Program-made: the position numbers and the translations under genes | Assembly: GCF_902459465.1 (NCBI RefSeq) | Contig: NC_047073.1 | Coordinates: forward strand, 11,842,001-11,906,000 | DNA from: Asterias rubens | Lineage: Eukaryota | Direction of reading: 5' to 3' | DNA length: 64,000 bases | Notes under the pieces: model-generated | Databases searched by the model: none | The model's input: only the letters and a program-made list of their open reading frames with translations | What the model was told of the DNA's origin: nothing | Shown here: piece by piece, positions 47,786 to 59,100 of the stretch | Position numbering within the stretch: position 1 is the first letter of the stretch | Layout: each line of letters opens with the position of its first letter

Positions 47786-48154
47786 ATGGCCAACAACGGT
47801 TGTTGGTTACGACTGTCATAACCCATGGAGTACGTTTTTGTTATTGGTCATCGGATGGGCGTTTTCGCGTGTTCCGTGGAACCAAGGTCAGTGACGATGC
47901 TGTTCAGACCAAATGGACCAAATGGATCGGTTTGGGCTTGGTTGGGGTAGCCAAAATGCACCACCGGAGTTATGAGCGAGTGGGGCACGCTTGGGGAAAA
48001 TGGCGTATCAATCACACCTGGGAACGAGGCTGGGTTTCCCGCAAACTGCGAGCAAAAGCTAATTAAGAAGTACTAAATAGTAAACCTGCGGGGACAAACC
48101 ATGTATAAGATCTCTTTATAGAGGGAGTGTTGGCTTCGAAAATAGCTGGTGTGG

Positions 48155-48197
48155 TCTCGATGTTTCGAACAGGATACTCTGCTCGTAATTCAGGAGA
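48155..48197 (-). ncRNA. Decayed copy of the minimal hammerhead motif
   Basis: TCTC-CTGAATTA-CGAGCAG(AGTATC)CTGTTC-GAAAC-ATC-GAGA; same flanks as 29992-30033. Confidence 0.45.
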
Positions 48198-48848
48198 AGA
48201 ATTGCTACAATAGCTGAGTTTCCGTGTTAGAGTTGCCTTCTTTTTTGTTGCTTCAATGGTCACACACAAGAAGCCTACAGCGGCACATTAGCGGGGGGGG
48301 GGGGGGGGGGGGGATATTTTGACACTGAAGGCTTAATTCAATCCATTTGGTCCGCTTTTGCGCTTATTTTTTGAACATTAACGCTGGGTAAATTCCATTG
48401 GCTTACAAGTTAACCCCGAGTTAACATTTTGTTCAAGGCCTCCCACACGCAGCGCAAAAGCCCGGCATGCATCACGTGCACGAACTGTACAAGTACGTGT
48501 CACATAGTCAGAAAATGTATATGTTCCATGTACCACCCCTTTTTGCCATTGCATTTTTCATATCTTTCGCTCCCACAAAATACACCTTTTTTACTCATTT
48601 AAAATTATAATATTTCTGTTTTCTGGAAATAATATTGTGCCTCTTTGAAATATTTCGAGAGGAAGGTAATAATTTTCATATTGTTACTTGTTCTTGACAG
48701 TGTTTCTTTACTATACCAATGTAGTGATTTAAGGGACTATGTTAGACAGACAACACATACTGTAATGTGCTTCCAGCCAGAAACAAGAACAAACTCATGT
48801 GAATAAACTACAACATTAAACAGCTATATGCATACTTTTACCTTTTAA

Positions 48849-49194
48849 AGGCACTGGACACTATTGGCAAATACTCAAAATACTTGGTAACGAGCAACAG
48901 AGAGCTGTTGATAGTGTAACCCTTTTTTTTTTACGGTGAGAAACGGCTCCATCTGAAGTGACGTAGTTTTTAACAAAGAGGTAATTTCTCACCAAAATAA
49001 TAAAATACTTCAGGAGAAGCCTTTTATTGGGCATCTGAAAGCACACAAATAGTGTTTTTTTCTTTCATTTTCTTGCAAATTCGATAAACAATATTGATCA
49101 AAAAATAATGTTCACAGATTTGTAATTGTATGCATGTTGAGATACACCAAGTGAAATACTGGTCTTTGACATTTACAAAAGGTGTCCAGTGCCT
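48849..49194. mobile_element. Kolobok-type MITE, family A
   Basis: TTAA TSD on both sides. Confidence 0.75.
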
Positions 49195-50693
49195 TTAACG
49201 AAAAAAAAAAACGATTGACCGACCCTTCAAAAAGGAACTCGACCAACAGTAGTGTAAGATTTAAAAGGAAAGTTAAACTCTGCAAAAGCACATTCGAACA
49301 CCCTCCTTTTTTTGCCGATTATGGTGGGGTCACAGTAATGGCCCGAAAGAAATTGTGTTCTTTTTCAGTATCTGAAAACCTACTTTTTATAAAGATGGAA
49401 ATAGTATAGGAAGAAAAAAAATAGCAAACAAATATTAATAGCCTGACGTTTCGACCTTATAAGCAGCGTCTTTCTAGCAAGGCTAAAAGGTGTATCTATA
49501 ATTATAAACAACCGCTTGGCCAGCACATAAATGTTGCACCACAAACCACTAAAGAGAACGTTCTTTGCAAAACTACAGCAATTCAGTGATGATCTCGCAG
49601 TGATATCTGAACACATACTTTTTATAAAGATGGAAAAAGTATATTAACCAAAAAGTTGTATCTTAACGACCACTTGGCCAGCACTTGTGTTGCACCACAA
49701 ACCATTACTAATGAGAACGTTCTTATATGCAATTGACATACATCGATGGAGTGATAATTTTGTTTTCATTAAATCGTGTAGAAACGAAGACAGAAAATGC
49801 CTTTGTTTTAACCCTATCAATTCAATTCACACTAAAAATTGTTGCCATAATGTCAAAACTTAACACAGCATGACAGAATGAATAACATGTACAGTGTAAT
49901 AATGAACAGAGGTTTTTAGAATCAGAGAAAATGAACAGTCTATTATAGCTGTGTTCCTCCTCGTTTGATTTGAATACCGAAAATTACAGAAAAATGTAAC
50001 CTACCTATGGTGACTGTCCAGGCTCAGGAGACGTGGCCTATGTGTCGTTAGCCTATAGAGAGACGAACTCATTATAAGCCATGTATCTGTCGTAACATTA
50101 ATGTGACTGTGATGTCATCCCAGGCGGGTTTGAACTCCCCAAAGAAGTCGGGGTGCCTGACACGGCTGTTGGTTCCGGGACCTTTTTTTAATCATTTCCG
50201 ACAATGTTTGAACATACTTATACGGTTGGAGCGCATAGCATGAAGTTCCAACCACTCCCCAGCAGTGTGCTTTTGGTAGTACGTGAACATTTTGAAGTGA
50301 TGAAAAGTGAACTTTTAACAAAATGGCAGCATCTGGGGTGTCTGACCGAACTTTTGGAATGCGTAATTATTTTGATGTTTATGTTGATGTTTATGATTTA
50401 TTGTTAAAGATCAAAAGAGTCAATGGGCGCTGATGTGAACAATAACTACTGTTCGTTTTGAACGTGGTGCCAGCCATACATTTTGTTTTCATAAACTTAA
50501 CTTTACCCTGAACCCAACACACCGACCCCCACCCCCAATGAGGACCCACCCACATTCAAGTTTTGTATAAAATTATTGTAGATAGATTAGAAGCCCATTA
50601 TTTTTCGTTTTTTTAGTTCGTAAAAATCTTTACTAAGGACAAAGCACTCTCCACGCCACCTGTTGTACTCAGTGTTGCGGTTTAAAGGTACTG

Positions 50694-50816
50694 GGGTCGA
50701 TTTCACAAAGAGTTAAGTCCTAACTTAGGACTAGTCCTAAGAGATACCAAACACGTATAGCTAGTCCTAAGTAAGGACGAGTAACTCGTCCTAACTCGAG
50801 ATAAGACTAGTCTTAA
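50694..50816. mobile_element. Harbinger-type MITE truncated by Kolobok insertion
   Basis: Same family as 5947-6107; right end replaced by a family-A element at a TTAA. Confidence 0.65.
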
Positions 50817-51199
50817 AGGCAGTGGACACTATTGGTAATTGTCAAAGACTAGCCTTCACAGTTGGTGTACCTCAACATATGCATAAAATAACAAACCTGT
50901 GAAAATTTGAGTTCAATCGGTCATCGAACTTGCGAGATAATAATGAAAGAAAAAAACACCCTTGTCACACGAAGTTGTGTGCGTTTAGATGGTTGATCTC
51001 GAGACCTCAAGTTCTAAATCTGAGGTATCGAAATCAAATTCGTGGAAAATTATACTTCTTTCTCGAAAACTATGGCACTTCAGAGAGGGAGCCGTTTCTC
51101 ACAATGTTTTATACCATCAACCTCTCCCCATTACTCGTTACCAAGTAAGGTTTCGTGCTAATAATTATTTTGAGTAATTACCAATAGTGTCCACTGCCT
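50817..51199. mobile_element. Kolobok-type MITE, family A (full length)
   Basis: Perfect TIRs, TTAA TSD. Confidence 0.85.
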
Positions 51200-52694
51200 T
51201 TAACAGCGTGATCAGTCTGAACGTGATGTTACAGACTGGTTTATATCTTGTCGGTACGTGTTTTATCTACTCCCACTAAATAATTTGGCAGCTGTCATGT
51301 TTTGGTAGTTTAGGGTTCCTGAAGGGACTTCACCGAACACGTTCTGGGTCATGACCCATCAATCTGTACCAGTATCAAAAACCACATGTTATGTCTGTGG
51401 CTACATTAGGTCAACACATTAGTAATTATTTTAACAACGTGCAGATGCATGGTGCCCGATCGCACTGTTATTGAACTTGATGTTTGCTGATAGGCCTACT
51501 CTGATGCCGCAGTTTATGCTAACATGCCATGTAACAACTTTGTTAAAACTGGGACTCCCTCGTTGATCCTAGGAACAGTCTATTTTCATAGCTTTGCTTT
51601 AGGAAAATAAAACTTGCCGAGGATCACCTCATCAAACATAGTTTTAAGTATAACACCCAATGCAGATAACTATTGTAAAAGAAAGGAATGGAAGAAAAAC
51701 CAAACGATCGTATTCTGTTGCTCAACTTTGTACCACGGTGTTAATCAACTTAACGATAAATATAGACAAACATAAAACATAGGAACGTAACCTTTAATGA
51801 CAAGGATAAAAGAAACCACAGGGAATCCAAACTCTCTCTAGGAAATCTTTATCAATTTTCGTTCACCCACCCTTCAAACAATGAGGACTGTTACAAGTTT
51901 TCATTTGTTCCAAGAACACTCGTTGTATAGACAATACCAAACGGGGACAACTTTATTTTACTCTCGATATGATGTCATCTCAGGAAAACAAAGCACTTTC
52001 AGAGCTCTGTACCCGATTTCACAAAACACGGTTTTAAGACCAGTACAGGATTGGCTGTAAATAATTTCACTGCATCAATTCAATTCCATTCAATTTAGAT
52101 ACACATTTTATTTCCATACTTCTATGACAAATATCGACAAGTATACATGTAACTATGGAGTAAAGCAACACAATTATTAAGTATAGCAGTATACAGTAAG
52201 CAGGATAAGTGTAAAATAGCTAGTATGGGGCTATGTTGCATGGTAGGCAGGAGGTTGTAAAACAAACAGTCACAGACAAACAAAGAAACAAACAGACTGA
52301 AATGCCAACACACCGGGATAGACGAACTATATAAGACATGCAGCTACTCAGACACAGGATGCATATAATATAGATCAGAGATAAAACAATGAATTTATAA
52401 ATAGCGAAAAGATGGCAAAACAGTAGGTGCGGAAGATAGAATGTAAAGCTCGTTCAGGATAATAATTGTACAACGTCGAGTTAAGATGTCAATATTAGTC
52501 GCCAAGAAAAGACGTAATTTGGTAGATTATATGTCGTCAACAAAATACGTTAACAAAATACGTGTATAAAGCGTCTTATAGACGTCTGTCCCCACTGAGT
52601 AACGTGTCATCAACTTATTGAATTTAAATTTAATTTTACTCGCTTTATAGTATAATTACAAGGTTTTTACAAGGTAATAATGCATAATAAAGGA

Positions 52695-52925
52695 CTTCGC
52701 TCGTCCCCAGTGCCCTGCTTCTTTTAACCAAAGGCGCTGGGATGGGCAAACGTATCATGCACGCACATTGGTTTAACAATGCGCAGTCCCATCATGCATC
52801 ACACTCACACTGCGCCATATTTCTATGCACTGCATACGTGAGGTACTTTCTGCACAAGAATCTGTGCAAGCGATTAGCCCATCCCAGCGGTTCTGGATAG
52901 ACTGGCCGCTGGGGCCGAGCGAAAA
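52695..52925. mobile_element. Unclassified foldback MITE
   Basis: TTCGCTCGTCCCCAG/CTGGGGCCGAGCGAA and CGCTGGGATGGGC/GCCCATCCCAGCG nested inverted repeats. Confidence 0.5.
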
Positions 52926-52964
52926 TAAATGACTAGGTCTAAAACATTAGTTCTACTTTCTAAG

Positions 52965-53172
52965 TTACCCAAACTCATCAGGGAATCATCTTCAACTGCC
53001 ATTTTCAAAACAAAACTCAAAACCTACTTCTTCAATCAGCCTCGTCATTAATCCTTTTTGTTGTTCTGTTTGTCTCTCCTTCCTCGCTTTGTTCTTGTTT
53101 TATTCATTGTTCAGCGCTTTGATCTGTGTTAAAGGCGCTATATAAATACCCATATTATTATTAGTATTATTA
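52965..53172 (+). mobile_element. L2-clade LINE 3' end
   Basis: LPKLIRESSSTAIFKTKLKTYFF*, then AGCGCTTTGA...AGGCGCTATATAAAT and (ATT)n tail. Confidence 0.7.
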
Positions 53173-53192
53173 TTCTACTGGCACTGAGGGCG

Positions 53193-56100
53193 CTATTGGT
53201 GACGAGTTGTCCAGGCGGCAACGAGGATGGCAGTGAAGGCAAGCAGCACAAACGTGGTCCGACTCAAACTCAAGCACTGCGGGAACAGAGCTGCGAGATG
53301 AAAACAAAACAAACGTGTAAAGTTTCATTTAATTAATAGTGGTTTTGGCAGATTTATTACTTAAACTCTGCTAAAAAAAACATTAACAATTATTTCAAAC
53401 TTTGTCTCAAAAGGGGAGTACAGAGAGGCTAAGAAAAGGAGTATCCGTGCCCTAAAAAGTTGTTGCTTTATAATTCTGACATATAACTGTTGTGACATCA
53501 AACTTAGAAACATACCACTTGAGTTAACGTCACATCCACGTCCAGAGGTAGTGCCTGCATTAAAGTAAAACATTATTAATGGTATTTTAAATGAAAACCG
53601 ACAAGTGCACTTATCGAAAAGATGAGGGTTCGCCCCGGTGTTCCTGGCTGGATTGGCGGCATATTGCACCACAGCACCTTGTAAACCATTACATGGTGCT
53701 ATATGTAAAAGGAGTAGATCTCATAATTCAAATAAAAACATAGTCCCACATACCTTGCAGGAAATACTGAATGGGAATAAACAAGTAACTAAGGTTCTAA
53801 AAAATTAGTTCTCATTTTATTTACAAATTGAAGAGTAGTCCCCGACCCGAGAGGGCGCTGTTCGTGACGTCAATCGAGGCATGTGTAGTCTGGCCCCGTA
53901 CACTACGTCTGGGTACCTGATTGGTATGATGCCTACGTACAGAACTACGGTCACGGAGCAGACTACACGCACTACGGCTGCTGTGCGGACGGTCCACACT
54001 CGGATTACCCTGCACGGTGAATCGCAAGCTAGACATGTCCTCAAAGTTCAAACTTACCCAAAATTGTCGCGTTTGTCATACGCTCCTCTAGGTTCGTCAC
54101 GTTTTTCAGGTACCTTCTTTGACTTCCCACTCTGTAAAAGTTGTTTGGATGGCGTCATGATTTAGATTAATTTTTCTCTTCATGTCATGTGTGATGTATT
54201 CCGGATTCGAAGCAAGACGGCTCGAAGTGTTCGCTGCACCCAGCGCTGAAAAAGACGACGGACCGGACCACTATTGCACTTGTGAGTCTGACCTTCGCGG
54301 CCCACAACCGCCTATACTTGGGATCTGCAGGAAACACATGCAACCTGACCCTATCTTTAGTTGTTTTGCTGCATCCATCAGCAATACACCAGGTCGGCAT
54401 TGCCGGAAAAATTAAAAAAAAACTTTTATCGAAACGTACTAACTCACGACTTGGACCGTACACGTACTTTGCACGTGTATTTACTCTACGCACGGCTGGC
54501 AAAGTCTGCCTCGATTGACGTCACAAAAGGGGTAGGCGGAGTCAGCCCCCCAAACAACTTTATCTATTGTTTTAACATAGAAATCGTGACAAACAATTAC
54601 TAAAAAACATTGTTTTATTGTTCATAAGCATATACTCTTAAGTTTGAAAGAAAGAAAAAAAAATCTATTTCCAGGTGACTTTAAGAAGATTACAAACCTG
54701 AAAGTGTGGTTGGTTCCTCGTCTTTTCCATTCGAAAAATAAATGATTGGAGATTCCACATTCGTCCAAAACTCACTTGCTGGCCCTTTAACAATCGTGGC
54801 CCTTCCAAAAACAAAAAAGTTCTACAAGTTTATTTCACAACGAATTTGATAAATTCATTACCTGAAATGTACCTTTAAAGCCCTTATACACTTTCGGTAC
54901 AGAAAAAAAAGTTCACAGATTTACCAAAAAAAATTACAGGGTTTACAGAGAGAGGGTAATGGTGAAAGACTTCTCCTGAAATATTAGTCCATGAAATGCT
55001 TTACTTTTAAAAACATGTCATGACACGGCGAAACGTGCGGAAACAAGAGTGGGTTTTCCCGTTACTTTTTCCCAACTCCGATGACCGACTGAGCCTAAAT
55101 TTTCACTGGTTTATTATTTTATATATAAGTAGTTGTTATCTCCGTCGATAAGTGTATTTTGTTGTATTGTATTATCATTATTCCTTCAGGGTATTATCCT
55201 AAGGTATTTCTATTATTGTCCCGCCCGCTTTCCCCTTTATTTATTTCAACCACTGCATTTCTGGCATTTACTTTGTATTGCTTTGGAATGTCTAGTATGC
55301 CCCGGGTACCAACGAAGTGGGCGTTGGCTGCTTGGTACATATTATTCTTGCAGCGTACACCTTAGGCTCATTTCTGTTCTGATTCCGTTGTGTTCTGTTC
55401 GAGTTTATTAAGTTCTTCTCAGACATGTAATTTTCCGTAGCCATCTCCCGTAAGTAGCCTTGTTCTGTTTACAACTGTTATTTCTCGCATTTGTCTCCCT
55501 TATGTATAAATATCTTTATTTTAACCTTCGCAGTCAAAACTTCCCATATGTTAATATTTTCCTGTTCGGTATATTCAGCAAGTTGCCGTTTTCTTGTTTT
55601 CCTTATAGTTATTTATCACCGTTTGAGTCAACTCACTAGGTTCCCCTTTTACGGCTTATGGTCTCTGGAGTTAATTTCTCGTGTAATTCATTTTCTTGCT
55701 GCTTCATTCAGTATTTATTCTATTGCTTGGAATTATATTGTAGTGAACAAGTCCCCCGTTGTTTCCTGTATATTTATTGTTGGTTTATATAACGTTTATA
55801 CCAGAATACCTCAGAACGTCCCCCGTTGTTTCCTGTATATTTATTGTTGGTTCATGTAATGTTTATACCAGAATACCGGTGAACGCCCCCAGAATACCGC
55901 AGAACATTTACCATGTGCACGGACGTAGTTTCTGAGTTTCTCCCGGCAATGATGTAAGTTTATTAAATGTATTAGTTATTTCACTGTTGTAATTTAACGC
56001 CGGATTTGTCTTTGTAGTGTCTTAGGCCGTGTCCGAAACGACGACTTCGGCTACAGCTACGTCTAGATCAGCGCGTCTACCAGTGTTGAAGAATAGGCAG

Positions 56101-59100
56101 ACGCGCGCGATCTAGCCGTAGCTGTAGCCGAAGTCGCCGTTTCGGACACGGCCTTATATATATTCAAGTTTCACTTTTGTATCAGCCCTCGGTCGTTGCT
56201 TGGTTTATTGTTGTATCTCGTTCTGCATTTAAAGTTGTTTTTGTTAGACTGATATGGTTCACCTTTGTTCCCCTTCCCTTAATTGTTTAATAATGTGGAT
56301 TTTTCATGTCATTTAATAAGCTATTTATGTGTTTGTTATTTATAGTTTTACCTGTGTAATGTTATACACTGAGTGCGAATAAATGGGAAAGCTCATCTAA
56401 AGGTCTCCGCCGTCTCCTTTGTACCGTGCATGTGACAGTTGTGATACACAAAATGTGGGACTTGGACAATACTGTTTACCGAAAGTGTATAATGGCTTTA
56501 AAGCATTAACTTGCCTGCGGCATGGTTTTGAGTTCGTTCAGTACCAGAACAAAAACTTGTTGAATAACAATCAAGAACTTCCCAATAAGGAATTGTTCAC
56601 TGATCGGTTCTCACAAAAAGAAAAGATCCGTAGCGACCGAGTTGGGGTTTATGCTATCCCCACGCCAATACTTTTGTAAATCTGTATAATTGTAGACTTA
56701 GTAAAATAATTGAAAAACCAGCAGTACATAACATTTCCATATCCAGAGTTAGCACATCAAACTGATGCATTATGATACGATTTATTTTCTATATACACCG
56801 ATGGACACTCCAAAATTTGTCATACTATTATAATTACGATGTAAACTCGCTGGTCTTTCGGACAAAAATACTTAATGACAATATTACAAAAGCGTTTATG
56901 TGGTAGCCTATTACTTGAAAATGATAGGTCCCTGGTTCGAAGAAGGCGGTGTCCACGAAGCTGTTACGGCGGTCTTGGGTGCATTGCTGTTGTGTCCCCA
57001 AGCACTCTGCGGATTGAAAATTATGATATAATGATATCTGATATATGAAATTACCGTAAATTATAGGTCATTGAACAGGTCTCTATGAATATGGACAAAA
57101 AGTTAAGCGTGGTCGATTACATAATGTATGTTTCGGTTGAGTTTGTTAGTATTATAACACACCTCGTGCTTTATCTATAATCTGGTTGGCTGAAACACAG
57201 TCACGTGGGATGAACTAATAATGGTCTAGTGATCGCGCGCGCTTGTTTGCGGGAACTAGTTCCCGAGCGGGCACTAGTCTTTGAAAATAGTGCCTGGTTA
57301 CGAGCGCCCTCTCTTGACTTAAATCTTGAACAGCAACTACAAAACTTCCTTTCTTTTCCAGATTTCTGCTCTATTGAACATTAAGACCTCGGGCCTGTGA
57401 GTGACCAGAAGAGGGGCCTATTTCCCTTGGCCTTCGGCCTCGGGAAATAGGTCGCTCTTCTAGTCACTCAAAGTCCCTCAGGGGAATAGACGTACGCTAG
57501 TTACCTCATTGCCAGTCAATAATATGTGTATAATCAAAACAAAACTTTTTTACTATTCTTATTACTATTTTTTTCTGAGATATCGCCAAACTCACAAGGC
57601 TGGACGGCCACTTTAAGGTGAGGTCTACTAATAACTGATTTTGGCTATCGACCCAATTCAACTGTCACCAGGGACACTCTGCCTGTTGCCAACTACCCCT
57701 TGGGCTGTATCATGGTTACCCTCTTCACATACCGTAAGAATGCTTGGGTATAGGAGCCTGGCTGGTGGAGCATGAATGCACTATACCTCACAACTTTTTA
57801 CGAGAATAAGGGGAAGTGCCTAGGCAGTGGACACTATTGGTAATTGTCAAAGACTAGCCTTCACAGTTGGTGTATCTCAACATTATGCATAAAATAACTA
57901 ACCTGTAAAAATTTGAGCTCGATTGGTCGTCGGAGTTGCGAGATAACTATAAAGAAAAAAAACGCCCTTGCCACACGAAGTTGTGTGCGTTTAGATAGTT
58001 GATTTCGAGACCTCAAGTTCTAAATCTGAGGTCTCGAAATCAAATTCGTGGAAAATTACTTCTTTCTCGAAAACTATGGCACTTCAGAGGGAGCCGTTTC
58101 TCACAATGTTTTATACCGTCATCTCTCCCTATTACTCGTCACCAAGAAATTTTTATGCTAATAATTATTTTGAGTAATTACCAATAGTGTCCACTGCCTT
58201 TAAAGCCAGTGGACACTATTGGTAAATGTCAAAGACCAGTCTTCTCACTTGCTGTATCTCAACATATGCATAAAATAACAAACCTGTGAAAATTTGAGCT
58301 CAATCGGTTATCAAAGTTGCGAGATAACTATGAAAGAAAAAAGCACCCTTGTCACACGAAGTTGTGTGCTTTCAGATGCTTGATTTCGGGACCTCAAATT
58401 CTAAACTTGAGGTCTCGAAATCAAATTCGTGGAAAATTACTTCTTTCTCGAAAACTACTCCATTTCAGAGGGAGCTGTTTCTCACAATGTTTTATACTAC
58501 CAACCTCTCCCCTTTACTCGTTACGAAGTAAGGTTTTATGCTAATAATTATTTTGAGTAATTACCAATAGTGTCCACTGCCTTTAAGTGCACAAGTGTCA
58601 TGACTGAACGGTGAACTAGACCGCTCGGCCACGACATGCCCCAATATCCAATGTTAACAAATTATTGCCGAATTTCAAAAAGTCGTTGCGTACCAGTTAG
58701 GCCATAATGTGGATTTGATTGTTCATGGGATAGTACTTACTGCAACAGTTACGCATGTGATAAACTTAGTACCGCTGGAGACTGAAGTAAATTCTCCCAA
58801 AGCCTCAGTGATATCTCGTCCTGTTGCCTGGCGACGAGCCTGTACAAACAACCCTGAGAACGCGTAGCCCCTGTTGGCCTGCACCGTTACTGTGTCCATA
58901 GAAAGTGGAAATAGAACAAAATACAGAATTGGAAAAAAAAAAAAACTTCGAAGATCACATACAAATTTACACGGTCTAATGATAATGATAGTAGAACACA
59001 TTGAACATTTTCTGACTGAAATGTCATGTGAGAAATAAATAAAACTAACTTCACGTTGGGAATTTATCGCTCAGAGAGCGTTTTGTTCATTTTTTTTTTT

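Larger units (their letters stand above)
57595..58645 (-). mobile_element. SINE split by two tandem Kolobok MITEs
   Basis: SINE head 58587-58645 and tail 57595-57821 rejoin to match 1311-1625. Confidence 0.6.

Noticed and set aside
56640-56705. Alternative exon 4 for Reeler gene 2 (STIIQ / QKYWRG look-alike)
   Set aside because: The motifs are in different frames with no usable acceptor; a clean exon exists at 54801-54698.
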